Below are positions 29,501 through 49,558 of a stretch of DNA of 64,000 nucleotides, piece by piece (the stretch's first letter is position 1; every line of letters starts with the position of its first letter). The position numbers and the translations under genes are program-made. The DNA comes from the human T2T-CHM13v2.0 reference genome, Homo sapiens, in the NCBI RefSeq assembly GCF_009914755.1, contig NC_060942.1; one strand, given 5' to 3'. Below the pieces are notes generated by a model. It ran no database searches. It saw nothing but the letters and a program-made list of their open reading frames with translations, and was not told the origin of the DNA.

Positions 29501-32500
29501 GTGTTCTCGTGTTTGGGTAGTTTAGACATTTAGGTGATTTCCCTTGGCTTGATATTATTTATAATAATCTTCCTGAGAGTTTCTATAACAGGAATAATAT
29601 TGTAAACTCTCCAAATAATAAACTCTTAAGTATAAACTCACTGAGAGAAGAGACAGCTTCTGCTCCCTTTGTAATCTCTGGCACATTGTAGACAACTTCA
29701 CTGACTGATTGATGCTACTTATCCAGGGAAAGGCAGTATATGTATCTTTAATCATTTGGACATTTCTTGACACTAATGTTTCATTTCTATTCCTGCAGAC
29801 AAAACTAGAATGTGTGAAAACCCATGGCTAGAATAGTATTTATAAACCTAAACCTCCTGTTAGATATCATCAGCACCTTCAAAAGAGAAAGCCACAGAAG
29901 TCTTACCTAATAAAACAGGTAACAGCCTGGTTAACAAAACTTAATTGCATAGTTGGACATTCCTTGTTACTCTTTGTTCCTTGCCTATAGCATTGTGAAC
30001 CAAAACAAGAATACCACTGTCCTTGAAATATAAGAATACTTTAGTGAAACTAAAGTGACTAAACCTTTACAAATAGTTTGACTCTTAATGAATGATGTAT
30101 AATTTAAACAAAGCAAAATAACATAACTCTATATTATCAGTTCATTGAGAAGAAAGAAAAAGTGATCCGAATGGAAAGGGAAGTGTGGATGGAGCAGAAA
30201 TTCTTTCTAGATATTTTAAAAACAATCTATTTTACATTATACCATTCTCCCACCCCATGGTTGTGCCTCTTCAGACAATACTCTTCAGTGTGACTAAGAG
30301 TCTTAGTCTTAGGCTAGAAGGAGTTGTCACAATTTCCACAGGCATAGCAGGGAAATAAATGTGATGAGTGAGGGCAGATGAGCTATGGACATGTGAAGCA
30401 GGGGTTTCTACACTATTCCCGAAGTTTGGGAAGACTTCCTGGAGGAAGGGATGCTGTGGCTCAGATGTGGAACAATGAGTAGGAGTAGGAGGAATGGGAG
30501 GAGAAGGAGAGAGGGTTCCAGTGGGTGCAACAGCATGATCCAGGGCCCACAGTGAGAGAATACAGTCTCCTCGGATTCCTGCAAGGATGTAGAGGGCATA
30601 AGCGCAGTGAAAGGTGGGTTGGGGAGGGGCAGCAGGCAGGCCACAGAGGGCCTTGGACAGTAGGATGAAGAGTTTGCTTTGGTTCTAAGATGACTGCAAA
30701 GGCATTGAAGGGCTCTAAGGAGAGGAGTGAACCTCTCTGCTTTGAATTTCTGAAGGGTTGTGTTTGCTGATTTGTGGGCATGGGGCTAGAGTGTTACGAG
30801 ACTTGACAGGGAGAAATGGACAGTGGTCCAGGTGAGAAGCGATGGTGGCCTAACCTAGAAGATGGGTCTTGGGAATGCGCATAGTGAATGAAGGTGACAG
30901 ATTTGGGAGGCAGCCTGACTGGTCAGGACTCTGTGAACGACTGGATGAATGTGGCAGTAAAAGGGGAGGACTTCTCAAGATTCAACTTCACAATCTTTAA
31001 ACAACTGTAACATCACCAGCCAGAGCAGAGGGGAGGGGAAGACAGAAGAAGGGGAGAAGCTGGATGGCAGGGGCATCCCTGTAAGGCCACTGGAGCTGTT
31101 ATTGTAACGGTTCTTTACTTTTGAACTAAGCACTCCTTTTGAAAATCAGATTTAGGGGTATCCAAAAATGCACACGAAAGAATTTAGGTATATAATTTTA
31201 AGAAGTTCAAAGAGCTCCTGAATCCCATTCATAGATTCCCTAGGTTACAAATCCCTGTCACTTATACCTAAATTAGGGCATACCGGATGGGAACCATCCA
31301 TCGTAGCACAAAGAAAGTGAAGTGTAAGAGCCATGGACCACTAGATAGATGCACTTTCTATGGGACTAGGGCTCTAGGATGATCTGTGCCTTTAAACATC
31401 CTGCACAATAGGCAGGGATGCACCACCTCACTCGTAACTATTAATTAGAGTCTTTATAGACAATAGACTTTATAGGCAAGAGAAACCGGTAAATGTTTCA
31501 TTAAAGATAATACCATAGATGTCATTGACCACACCCAGCCACCTCTTTGCAAATAACCTCTGGTTCTGTGACTAGACATTTAGTGAATATTAACCTTTTA
31601 AAAAGTATCTGTTCCTTGGGTCTATCAGAGAACAGTGTCTCTAGAGGCATCAGGGTCTTTGAGAAGTTGATAGCATTTATTCTTTCATTATGAATTCCTT
31701 TTTTTTCCCTCTTTGTCCTTGAATCCAAATCCTCCTTAAGACTGTAGATGAGAGAAGTCAGGTTCTTCAAACTGCTGGACTGATTCAAGGTGTGTTTCTT
31801 TGAGCCTAGAGACGATTTTAATAGTTGTTTTATAGTTCATCTCTCTCCAGAGCAAGATGAATACTGTCCCCTTTTCTTACTCAAGTGTTTCCACACAAGT
31901 CCTTAGCTCCTCAACGAGTGATCCCATGCCTCCTGTCTCTGTTTTAAATGGCTCCTTTGCTAGAAGTGGGTACTGGTATTTGGAGTGTTTCAGTGAGGTG
32001 AGTTGGCTCTCTGAAAGAGCTAGGTCTTCTTGAGAATATAGACCATGCATCCTGGATGTCTCTCACTAACGTCGTAAATGATTAGTTTGTTTCCTTTTTT
32101 TTCCCTTCCCCTTTTGAAAATTTCAGAAACAAGCGAACCATTAGGCATTTTTCTACTGGCTTCTGTGCCATTTCTTTTCACACTCCTTAGGGTAAAGCCA
32201 AACAGTGCTTAATTGTTTGAGAGGGAAGGCATTTGTCATTTCTGTTTTCTGAAAACCATAACTTAAGCTTTTACTCTTGTGTGTACAATAATTTTGTAAT
32301 ATTTACTATCAAGTTACATAAAGTTTTATAAAGGAAACTATTGGGTTAGTTTCCTTTGTAACTATACTTTGTGCCTATTTTTACATTATTTATACAAATC
32401 AGGCTCATTTTATGAAAATACAAATATCTAAATCTTGCCTTTTCTCTTTACTTTTTATTTCCATGAATCTTTTTCTTCCATTAATTAACCTCTTCTTCCT

Positions 32501-32916
32501 CTGTAGATGTCCATAGTTTGGATTCCCTTTTAAAAAGTAGAAGCTTTTCTTTCTGTATATGTTTATACATGCGCAATTTGATTAAAAGGAGTTAATATGA
32601 GTGCCTGGCTTTGATTTTAATTACACCCAATTAGTGTTAGCTAATAATTTGTTGGGGATATTCTTTATGAGAAAGTCAAAAATATGTATCTTTAATTTTA
32701 GAGAAAAATATGTTCAGGATATAGTTGTTTAATTTACAGGGGTCAAATGAAAGACAAAACTTCTTAAGGAATACAGATGAAATGAAACAACTCAATCAAG
32801 ATGCCTAATATCAACATACAGATAGGATCTTCTGTTGGTCAATTGGACACAAACACACAAAATTATCCCTTATAGAAGTTAACTGCTATGCACTGAACAA
32901 TTTGAGAAGACTAATC

Positions 32917-33215
32917 TTTTTTTTTCTTTTTTTCTTTTTTTGGTTTTTTATTAAGACAGAGTCTTGCTCTGTCATCCAGGCTGGAGTGCAGTGGCACAAG
33001 CTCGGCTCACTGCAACCTCTGCCTCTCTGGTTCAAGTGATTCTCCTACCTCAGCTGGGATTACAGGCATGTGCCACCACACCTGGCTAATTTTTATATTT
33101 TTATTAGAGATGGGGTTTCACCATGCTGGCCAGGCTAGTCTTGAACTCCTGACCTCAGTTGATCCATCCACTCCCAAAATGCTGGGATTACAGATGTGAG
33201 CCACCACACCAGGCC
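32917..33215 (-). mobile_element. AluS-like SINE
   Basis: Reverse Alu with a small internal deletion. Confidence 0.88.
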
Positions 33216-33289
33216 ATCCTTTCTATCCATGCACTATGTTAAAGGACTTACCTAGTGCTTAATTCTTCTTTTGAAAAATGAAGTTGTTC

Positions 33290-33594
33290 ATGGTGTCTCA
33301 TGCTTATAATCCCAGCACTTTGGGAGGCCAAGCAGGAGGATTGCTTGAGGCCAGGAGTTGGAGACTAGCCTGGGCAACATAGAGAGACCTCATCTTGACA
33401 AAAAAAAAAAAAACATTTTGAAAAGTGCTCTGAGTATGGTGGCATATGTCTGTAGTCCCAGCTACACAGGAGGCTGAGGAGGGAGGATTGCTTTCAGGAG
33501 TTCAAGGCTGCAGTGAGCTATGATTATGCCACTGTACTCCAGCCTGGGTGACAGAGCAAGATACCATCTTTAAATAAATAAATAATAATAATAA
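33290..33594 (+). mobile_element. AluJ-like SINE
   Basis: Diverged Alu with a (taaa)/(taa) tail. Confidence 0.85.
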
Positions 33595-34847
33595 GCGAAA
33601 AAACATGAGGTAATTGGGCCATATCAGTGTTTTGTAATGTTGGGATGGAACCTATCTGTAGGTTGTAAAAACAATTTAGAGAATTGCCACCAGTGTTTTA
33701 AAAATATAAAATAATACAGTAGAAAAGGAAATATCAGAATGCATTAGTAGTAGTAGTTAGCAGAAGTTTTTTTGTAAAACACTTGAATATGTATTCTGGA
33801 TCACTGTTGGAATTTCTTAGTTGGAATCCCAAATCCCTGAAGAAATGCTTTCTAAGGCCTTTAGTTCTAATATTTGAAGACACAGTATTGGTCTCTGAGT
33901 TGGGGCTGCAGCTGATTTGTAGTTTGCTTTAAGTGGGAATCCTGCCTACATTTGTTGTGAGATATGTTTGAAACCCTTATGCAACAAAGATTTCAGGGAA
34001 AGCAATTTGTTACCAGTTCCCAAGACAAAGTGCTTCCTCTCTGGCTTTTAAACACCAGTAATTTATTGTCATAGTCAGAGGGTGTATATAATGTAATATG
34101 TGTGTGTCTCTGTGTGTGTATGTATCACATTTAATTTTTAACACCTAATATATTTTATAATTATAAAACAACATTTGATTTGTTGTATAGAATGCATGAC
34201 ATTAGATGTTTCATTAATATTCTTCTACATCTTTTGGGCCATTGTTTTGACCCAGGGAAACTGTGTGTCTCACAATGTATGCGTCAGCTAGCTCATGCTC
34301 TACCCCGTTGTACAAATACTTTAAATCGCTTCACAATGCAAGGAAAAAAGACTTGTGGAACCAAATTCTAAGAAGACAAGGGAGGAGCCAGCTGAGTGCT
34401 GGTGTAGCTGTGTATTTCAGACTCAACTCTGGGCTCACCAAGCAGAACTTGAGAAAACTTGAAGATGAAGTAAAAATGTGAGCACTAAATTGTACTTTCT
34501 TTGAGGTGATTTTTGTAACTGGTGATGATTTTATACAGGATAAAATATTTAGTTGTAATCAAAGGAAAAGGGCAATGTGAGGCACCTGGTGTGGGGGGCT
34601 ATAGGTGTGGAGAGGGAGACACAAATTTATAAGAATGCTGCATACTTCACTTTCAAGTTACTGAATGAGCTTGTTGATGTCATGGTTTCCAATACTGTAG
34701 AGAGCTGTTCCTGTTGCCAATCTTCATTTTCAGGTTAATGTGAGGATTTAAAGGATGATAGAACTAAGACTGAATGAGTAATTTTGTAAATGCCTATGAA
34801 TACCCAAAGGAGAAATTGTACCATGCAGTACCAAAATTTAGATTCTG

Positions 34848-40228
<5,381 letters not shown>

Positions 40229-41520
40229 ATCTGTCAAATTAGAGGGAAAGGTACTGGAAAATTAGAGGAAAATTAGCTTTTTATTCTGAATTTGGTGTTT
40301 TCTGGATGTGTGGACTTGAGCAAGTCAGGTAGCCCTCCCTTCAGTTTCTCCATTTGTAGGATTTGGGGGTAGACACTTTTCTTTTCAAATCCATGACTCC
40401 TCTTTGGGTTAAATCTATATTTCTTAGAAGGGCAAAGGAAGATAACATTATTGAGTGACTTTTCTCTTTAGAGGCTTTCTAGTCACCATTTAACAAGCTT
40501 TGTAAAAGTGTAAGGTATCTTCTATTATCCCTAGTTTATGTGTACAGGTGCAGAAAAGTAAGTTGCTACATACATAGCAAAAGACAGATTTTGTATTAGA
40601 ACTTAAATTTGTCTGATTTAAGCTTTCCATTATAAGGATCTATGATTGGGCATTTCAACTGATCATCCCTACAGCAGAGCAAACATGCTTCTTAGATTCT
40701 GTGGATCTAATTATAATGATCCATATGACTTAGCAGGGGGCAGGCTTCTCAAACAGTTGAGTGAGGAGGAAAAACCAATAAGTCAGTATCTTGCAAGCTC
40801 TTAGAAACAGGGCCACGCCTTTACCTTTATTTCTATTTTCTTGTGACTTTATCCCCATCTGACCCCCACTTTTTCCCCTCTCCCATTTCTTCCCAGTTGT
40901 GTGACATTCTAGTCCTGGGACAACTAGGCAACAGAGATACATGGTGTCTTAGAGGCTTTTATTTCTGTGTTGATATGATGAGAGTGTTAGCTTTCCAAAC
41001 AAGTGGTAAAATTTCTGGTCTCTGTGAAATGTCAACCAGCCAGCCAGTCAAATTATTTAAGCTGACTCTTGTCTGTGTAGGAATTCTTAAGGCAGTTTTA
41101 TTGGAATCACATCCCTAGGCTGAAAGAGTTGCTGCAGGGCCTCCGGATGCTGGCAAGACAAACGTAAATTAAATCTTTCAGAAGAAAGGATTATGACTTT
41201 TCCATTAATATTCTCATCCAAACCCAGCAACCACAAGTTTTCCTTTTCAAGTTTTTTTAAAGGAATCTTTTCATAATGAGTCTTCCCCCTTTTAAAATCT
41301 GCAGGATGAACAAGGCATTTTTCTCAGTTTTCCTCAGACTTTTTGACTTTGCTTGACTGAGGTGCTCCATTTGCATCAATAGCAGAGGGCAGAATCACTT
41401 TAATTCTGATACTCTAGGAGCTCTCTGGAGCATCTGTGATGTGATATAAGACAACAAACAATACAGCCACCAAAAGACTTGCTACCTGCTGTATCCAAAG
41501 ACCTGACCAGGTGTCTCAAG

Positions 41521-41765
41521 CAGGGGCAGGAATAGGGTGAGGCAAAGGAGGCTGCTATGGTGCAAAAGTTAAGGAGACGCTGACTTTCAGGTACCAGCCC
41601 TGTACTCGTATGGCCTTGAGTGTTAGTGCCTCCTTAAATGTTACACAAAATGTGGCTCATTCTTAAAGAGACGCTCACTCTCAGCATCTCAGGGTCCTGC
41701 AAGGACAGAGTCCACACAGTGGAGCGAGGACACCCTAGGGTGTCCCTTCATCCTAGTCCCAGCAC
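41521..41765. mobile_element. MER96-like hAT MITE
   Basis: Imperfect terminal inverted repeats caggggcaggaatagggtga ... tcatcctagtcccagcact, with internal ttaaggagacgc/gcctccttaa inverted motifs. Confidence 0.6.
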
Positions 41766-42900
41766 TAATCCCAAGAGGCTGTAGACCCCACCATGGTTTT
41801 TTAACACGGCAGCCTCAGGCAAGGAAGGGAGATGCAGAACACAGCGCATGGGCTCCCATTACCTGATTCCACCTGCAACTGACTTCAGTGCAGGTGCCAG
41901 GCAGCAGCAGCAATGCTGAACTTCCCGAGTTGTTCTCCAGCCTTATTCCTCCAGACAGTTCCCAGTGCAAGGGAGGGTTTAGTGAATGGAGGAAGGAAGG
42001 CAGGAATGAAGGAATGTTCTTCCTGGAATTCTCTTACATGGCTTTATGTTAGCTCCTTTGAAGAGACTCAGAGTTCCAAAACCCTATTGTGGCTGTGAGC
42101 AACCACTTGAGAAGGCATTAAGCCCAGGTGAGCTCTGCCAGTTCCAAAAACCTTAGAACAGGAAACTCTGTCTCTCAGTAAATATTTGAAGAAGACTCCA
42201 AAGAAGAAAGTAGAATATTCATTCTATAGGATGATAATACACTTAGTTATATTTTTCCCCACCTTAAAAATACAGATAAAATAGTATACTCCTTTATTTA
42301 TGTTGATGGCACTGCCAACCCACTGTGAAAGGATGTGTACTTTGAGATGTTTTTCCAATGGGAAATGGGGATGGGAATTGGCTTTGGCTGGTGCATACTT
42401 ACCCTCTCCTTCAGCCCCTTTTGTGTACTTCTGCAAGATGCAGTGAGGTCATGTGCCTATTGGGATCAAAATTATAACATTGTCTTTTTTGTTATTACCC
42501 TGACAAAGGGAACTAAACTAAGCTAACAATAACAACAGCAATAGTAACAAAATGGCATTACTCGACCACCATTTGCAGGCACTGTCCTGGGAACCCCATA
42601 AACATCACATGATTTAATCATTGCACTAATCCTATAAGGAAGCTGTTATTTAAGCACTTTTCGAGAAAAGGAAATAGAAGCCAAAAGATCTTAGGTAACT
42701 GGCCATAAAATTAGAATATGGCAGAGTAGGAAATGTATTTGGTTATAAAATCTGCATTATTTTTGCTTCCCCAAAGCCCCTCGCTGAGCACTTATGTTGA
42801 CAAAATAAAAGTCTTGCCCTAATTTGAAATAAACTGTTAAATAGTGGTGTTTCAATTTATATTTTTATGGTTGTTGTTGACGTTTGCCTTTGTATTCCAG

Positions 42901-43081
42901 ATGCAGGTAGAGAAAGAGGCTCTTTCAGTGCAGCAAATGCACAATTCTGCTTTGATGCCTTTAAAGAAATTAGCTATGGCCACGCAACTGAGAATCTCTT
43001 CTTTTGTCCCTTGACTCTCCTGTCTCCTTGGCTGTGGGGCTTTTTGGAGCCAGAGGCAACAGTGCATCTCACATGGAGAAG
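42901..43081 (+). pseudogene. Pseudo-serpin exon 2 equivalent
   Basis: Acceptor ttgtattccag ends 42900. Codon-1 position (42915) is AGA, not ATG. Reads GSFSAANAQFCFDAFKEISYGHATENLFFCPLTLLS/(1-nt deletion ~43026)/LAVGLFGARGNSASHMEK|gtgcat. Confidence 0.93.
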
Positions 43082-43266
43082 GTGCATCACAACACACTTT
43101 CAGTCATGTCTAGAGGACAATCAGGTTACAATTTCAAACACTGTCATGATATGGAGATTTTATAGATGCTGGACTCTGTAAACACAAGAGAAGGTCCACT
43201 CTCGCCTAAAGTTTCCTAGGAAATTGCCTCCCTCAAAAAAGGGTGTAAAAGGTAAGAGTGTCCATA

Positions 43267-43637
<371 letters not shown>

Positions 43638-44332
43638 TCAATGATGCCAACCAGGCCCATGGAAAATTGGGAGTCCCCACCTCCATCCCTTCCTGTACAT
43701 TCTTAGCTACCAAGTGCCATCCTGGTGTAAGTCAGCATCCCAAGATGCTTCCTAAAATTCGGGCCCCTTTAACCTCCTTTCTTCTACTTCCTCTTATGTG
43801 ATCTGTTTTCTCAAAACACAATCTAGGTGCCAGGTGGACTGAAATTAATGTGTTTTAAGACACAAGTGGATAACTCAAGTCAGATGATAAGTATACAATA
43901 TTCAGGATTGTGCTGAATTGTGCTCTGTGCATAGTAAATGACCAGTGCCTCTAGCACCCAGCGCTAAGGAGGCTTTACAAAACTATTTTTGCCCATTGAC
44001 TCAATAATTGCTGGATGAATAAACAAATGACTATAGATCACATAAAGAATATTTCATAAGGCTTCTGTCCCCAAGAGGCTTATAATCTAATGAAAGAATT
44101 TACAATCTTCTAAGGGTAAATAGTACTGCAACTCAATTGAGAATTTTAGGTGAGTGGAGAAAATATTTCTTAGTAGGGATCTTTCCATTTGCCTTAATTA
44201 TCTCTCTATTTTAGAGGGGATAATTAACTAATGGAACAAGCCTTCTCCCAATTTGGGTTTTAAACTGGAAGTTAATTGAGAAGCTGTAGTCTAACACGGA
44301 ATTTAATGTTATTTTTAAAAACAAGAAAAATT

Positions 44333-44656
<324 letters not shown>

Positions 44657-45219
44657 TTAAGGCTGTTGTGTTCCATTTTTTTCTCTTTGCGTGCATTAGA
44701 AGAATAGCTCCTGAGTGACTCACCCATAATATGTGTTTGGTAAGTATATATATGTGGAGATGGAGACATAGTTGAGAATGAGGAAGCTGTGGGAATCTTT
44801 ACAATCATCTTGGGATGTGGATGCATAGGGTAGAATCCCTCTGTCCTCACCCGCTTTCTTCAACGTGAGAGACTGGCTGGCCGCCTTGGCTGCACTTGTG
44901 CTGCCTCAGGTTTTGCAACCAGAGATATGGTGTGGGCTGCAGTGCTGCGGGCACAAGTCAGACAGAGAGTCTGGAGTGGAAATAATTATTTGTCTCTGAC
45001 AGCCAAGCTGACCGAGTAAGAACAGAATCAAATCAAACTTTTCCTTCTCTTCTTCCCATACAAAAATGAAGAAGAATTCTCATATTTTTCCTCTTAATGA
45101 TTCTTCCCCCAAAACATTCAGAGATTGAGCCAAATGCTTAGAATTGCAGGCTTAATAATTGCACTTTTCTTTTGATGATGGCGGTAATGGAAATGATGAT
45201 AATGAGGATGATGATGGAA

Positions 45220-45238
45220 GCAACACCAGGGGGCGCCA
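45220..45238 (+). promoter_or_regulatory. Candidate CTCF-binding site
   Basis: gcaACACCAGGGGGCGCCA has one mismatch to the CCACCAGGGGGCGC core. Confidence 0.55.
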
Positions 45239-45621
45239 TTCATGCATTCCCTAGATTATGGAGCAGCGTTGTGTCTTCTAACACGAGCCTTTCAAAAACA
45301 TTCAGACAGCTCTAAAGGTTAGAAAGTTGTTCCTCACATTGAGCTGGAGTCTACCTCTCTATAATCATTGCTCCATTATAATTTTCTTGCTCTTCAAAGC
45401 ACATGCACAGCAAGCTCTCTTCCTTGTTTTAATATCGGTTATTATATCTGTTCTGTATCTGCTGCCTGTGTATTTCATTTCTACTTTTAAAAACCACACA
45501 AAACATAATAAAAGCACTCAGCGTTTAAATATCTGAAGAGATCTGCAGGTTTTTGATTTAGCTGTTATCTGATAGAGACCTTAGGAAATTATGGTTATAC
45601 CTCAAGTAAGCCAAGTAGTTG

Positions 45622-46324
<703 letters not shown>

Positions 46325-47230
46325 AGTTGCCTTGTGACTACAGTACTACAGGAAACATGTTAATAGTAGTGAAGAAAAATAGTACCAGCTCCTGGAGTCT
46401 CAAAGGGATACTGTGCAGAGCAAATCAGATAATATTTGTGAAGGCAACCTGAAAATAATTACCAATTATGTGAATTCAAATCATTATTTGTATATGGCCA
46501 GAGAACAATAAATAATATTAACTACCTGCAAATGATATTAAAATGCATTCATTTATCCATTCACTATTTATTCATCCTTCATTCAACAAATATTTATGAG
46601 GTTCCTACTATGTTTCACAACTAGCAAAGCACAGATGAACAAATTTAAGTGAAACACAAATAAGCAAGCCTGAATTGGTTTTAAAACATCTTTTTAAACC
46701 TTCAGTTTGCTTTTTCTATACCATCATAGATTGGGTTGCCTATTCTAAAATTTCAAATAAATGGAATAATATAGCAAGTACTTTTTCTTCTGTCCTGTTT
46801 TTTTTATACCCAGCATATAATTCTGAGGTCAATGTGAAATACAATTAAGCAAGCCTGAATTTATTTTAAAGTCTTTTTAAACCTTTAGTTTGCTTTCTAA
46901 CGCAAGGGTTGTAATGGTGAATATACATATATAAGAGTTAATGCCTACCCCCCATTCTTAACTTTCCGACACTCAGAACACTGCCTAAGAGCACTTGAAA
47001 GGTTTTATTTTCAAACTCACCTTTCTTCTTTCAAATAATATGATTTTTTAAAGATGAGGAACAAAAGTAAGAAACAGAAAAAAAGACAGGCGGAATGAAT
47101 AACAGAAAATTCATAAAAATGTAAAAAGTGTATCATTTATGACAAGAAAATGGCCTGCTGTGTCACTATCTGGTCTTTTGGCATAACATTTGCAAAGCCT
47201 TTGAAAATCGTTCTTTGTTTTCCATTGCAG

Positions 47231-47281
47231 GTGCTCCACTTGGATGAATTAACAAGAACTTCAAGTTCTTCCAATGAGGAG
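47231..47281 (+). pseudogene. Pseudo-serpin exon 3 equivalent (51 nt, intact)
   Basis: tttccattgcag|GTGCTCCACTTG...GAGGAG|gtattg encodes VLHLDELTRTSSSSNEE; the VLH start is typical of this clade B exon. Confidence 0.88.
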
Positions 47282-48161
47282 GTATTGTTTCTGTTTTCAT
47301 TTTTACTTCTATTACAGCAGTCCATCTTCAGTCCATGAGGATTAAATGTTTATGGAGATAAACAGTATTTGTTCCATACATCCTTTGCATCTAGAATGTA
47401 GATACATACACAAACTCCTACCATGCTTCTTTGAAAGAATTAATCATGTTAAGATTTGGAAATAAGAGGTGACAATTAAAAAACTCAAATAGTTAAGCTG
47501 GACACAATGTGTCTTGAAGAAAAAGAGCTATTCTCTCCCATGAGCAGTAAGTGCAAAAGGGAGATTATTCTCACAGACATTTCATAACGCAATCCCAAAA
47601 GCCACCCAGAGGGTAGAATTGCTTCAAACAGTCCCTAGATGATAGTGAGTTTTCAACAAATACAAGGATCAAAAAATGTAGATGAATATGGGAATGTCAA
47701 CCACAAAGAGATAAATATATCATATTTTGAAATTGTAACTATATGAAGATGGTTTGACTTTATGAGTTTTATTGATATATGTTCATTTCTGGGGGAAATG
47801 TATAATGTATACCTTCATTTGTCTACAGCCATCTGTCACTTCATAAAAGATGTGGGCTTCCCCAGTATCATCCATGGTGGGGCTGCTAAGACCAGATTTT
47901 ATGGCTCATAATTCTTACGTATTAAAACACACAGCAAATACATTTTCCTGATGTCAACTGTACTAAAATTAATACGTCAGTATTGTTTGCTCTGGGCCAG
48001 CTGGTGGGGAAGATAGGATGAATTCTGACTTGGGCAGGGATGTGCCAAGTCACCCTTTACTCCTTTATGATTGTAACATGTTGCTCTGATGCCTGCTCTC
48101 CACGTTCACTCAGATTGTCAGGCTGCACATTTTGGTGAAAAGCAAGAATTTAAGTTATTTA

Positions 48162-48590
48162 TTGCAAACTGGAAATAAAGTCAGGTAATGAGAAATAACA
48201 GCAATAGACAATATAGAGAGGAGCTAGCAGTCAGGCCACCTGTAAAATGGTCATTATCTCTTTCAGAAGTAAAGTAGAACTGGTCAATGAAATTCACAGT
48301 AAGGACAAAAGACTCCAGGTTTACCACCCTTCCATCACCCTCAGCCTTCCCAACCTCTATTTTTAGTGTCCAGAAATTGTACCAAATAACAGACCACAAC
48401 CAAAATAAGACATGCTACTTAATAAGAAAGAATGGATCTGTATATAATAACTAAGTCACTGTGCTATCAAGCATGTTCATTCTAGCTCACCAAGAAGTGC
48501 TTGAAATTATAGGTAAATATAAAATGAGTTCTTGTCAAGTGTAAAATTAGAGTTTCTATTTCTGAATAAATACTTTTCATATAAAATAAA
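48162..48590 (+). repeat. Copy 1 of a ~430-bp dispersed direct duplication
   Basis: Colinear with 50612-51140, e.g. ccacaaccaaaataagacatg, gatctgtatataataactaag, tttctatttctgaataaatacttttcatataaaataa. Confidence 0.92.
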
Positions 48591-48704
48591 TATGTACAAA
48601 TAGTGGAATTAATAGTATTTGGTTCCTTTTTTGTCAACTTCAGTTAATACTAAAGTACCAGATACCACAATTCCCATTTTCAAGTATTTTCTAACACTAT
48701 CTTA

Positions 48705-48830
48705 TGTGATCAAGATAGAAGAGTCTATTCACGTATTCAAGCTTTCCTCTCTGAAATCAGTAAGTCCAGCTGCAATCAAGCCCACATGGCAAGTGGAATT
48801 TTTGCAGAAGCAGCTCATCCACTTCTCTTG
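48705..48830 (+). pseudogene. Pseudo-serpin exon 4 equivalent (126 nt)
   Basis: Open frame CDQDRRVYSRIQAFLSEISKSSCNQAHMASGIFAEAAHPLLL|gtaagt; the acceptor AG is lost (atctta|TGT). Confidence 0.82.
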
Positions 48831-48920
48831 GTAAGTTAGAATAAAACATGTTTCCATAAATAAAGTCGAAACCTTTTCTTTCTGTCTTTATTTAATCTAC
48901 TCTAGAATTGTCTGTGCTAT

Positions 48921-49016
48921 CAAAACTGTGGCAAAATAAAAAAGATATTACAGATAGATAAATGCACGCAAAACTATGGGAAAATAAAAAAGATATTACA
49001 GATAGATAAATACATG
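48921..49016. repeat. Tandem duplication, 2 x 48 bp
   Basis: caaaactgtggcaaaataaaaaagatattacagatagataaatgcacg followed by a near-identical copy. Confidence 0.92.
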
Positions 49017-49168
49017 CTAATATAGAATATAAAATATATTTTATACATGCATTTTGTTTCATATAAAATACAAAAGAGTTTAGGATTCTAACTTTCAGTT
49101 GCTAGCTTGTAACAACTTCAATCATACTTTAGGCAGACCCAGCTGAAGCATGAATTTTTCAGAGTTTA

Positions 49169-49558
49169 TGATATGGTTTTGATCTGTGTCTCCACCAAAT
49201 GTCACGTAGAATTGTAATCCCCAGCGTTGGAGGTGCAGCCTGGGGGGAGGTGATTGGATCATGGAGGCAGTTTCTCATGAATGGTTTAGCACTATCTCCT
49301 TGGTGCTATTCTCACGATAGTGAGTTCTCATGAAATCTGATCATTTAAAAGTGAGTAGAACCTCCCCCATCTCTCTCTCTTGCTTCTGCTCCTGCCATGT
49401 GAGACGCCTCACTCCCTCTTTGTCTTCTGCCATGACTGGAAGATTCCTGAGGCCTCCCTAGAAGCAGAAGCCACTGTGCTTCCTGTACAGCCTTCAGAAC
49501 TGTAAGCCAATTAATCTCTTTTCTTTATAAATTACCCAGTCTCAGGTATTTCTTTAGC
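49169..49558 (+). mobile_element. MaLR LTR (MST-like)
   Basis: tgatatggttttgatctgtgtc...aaattacccagtctcaggtatttcttta; abuts an L1M-like fragment on the right. Confidence 0.85.
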
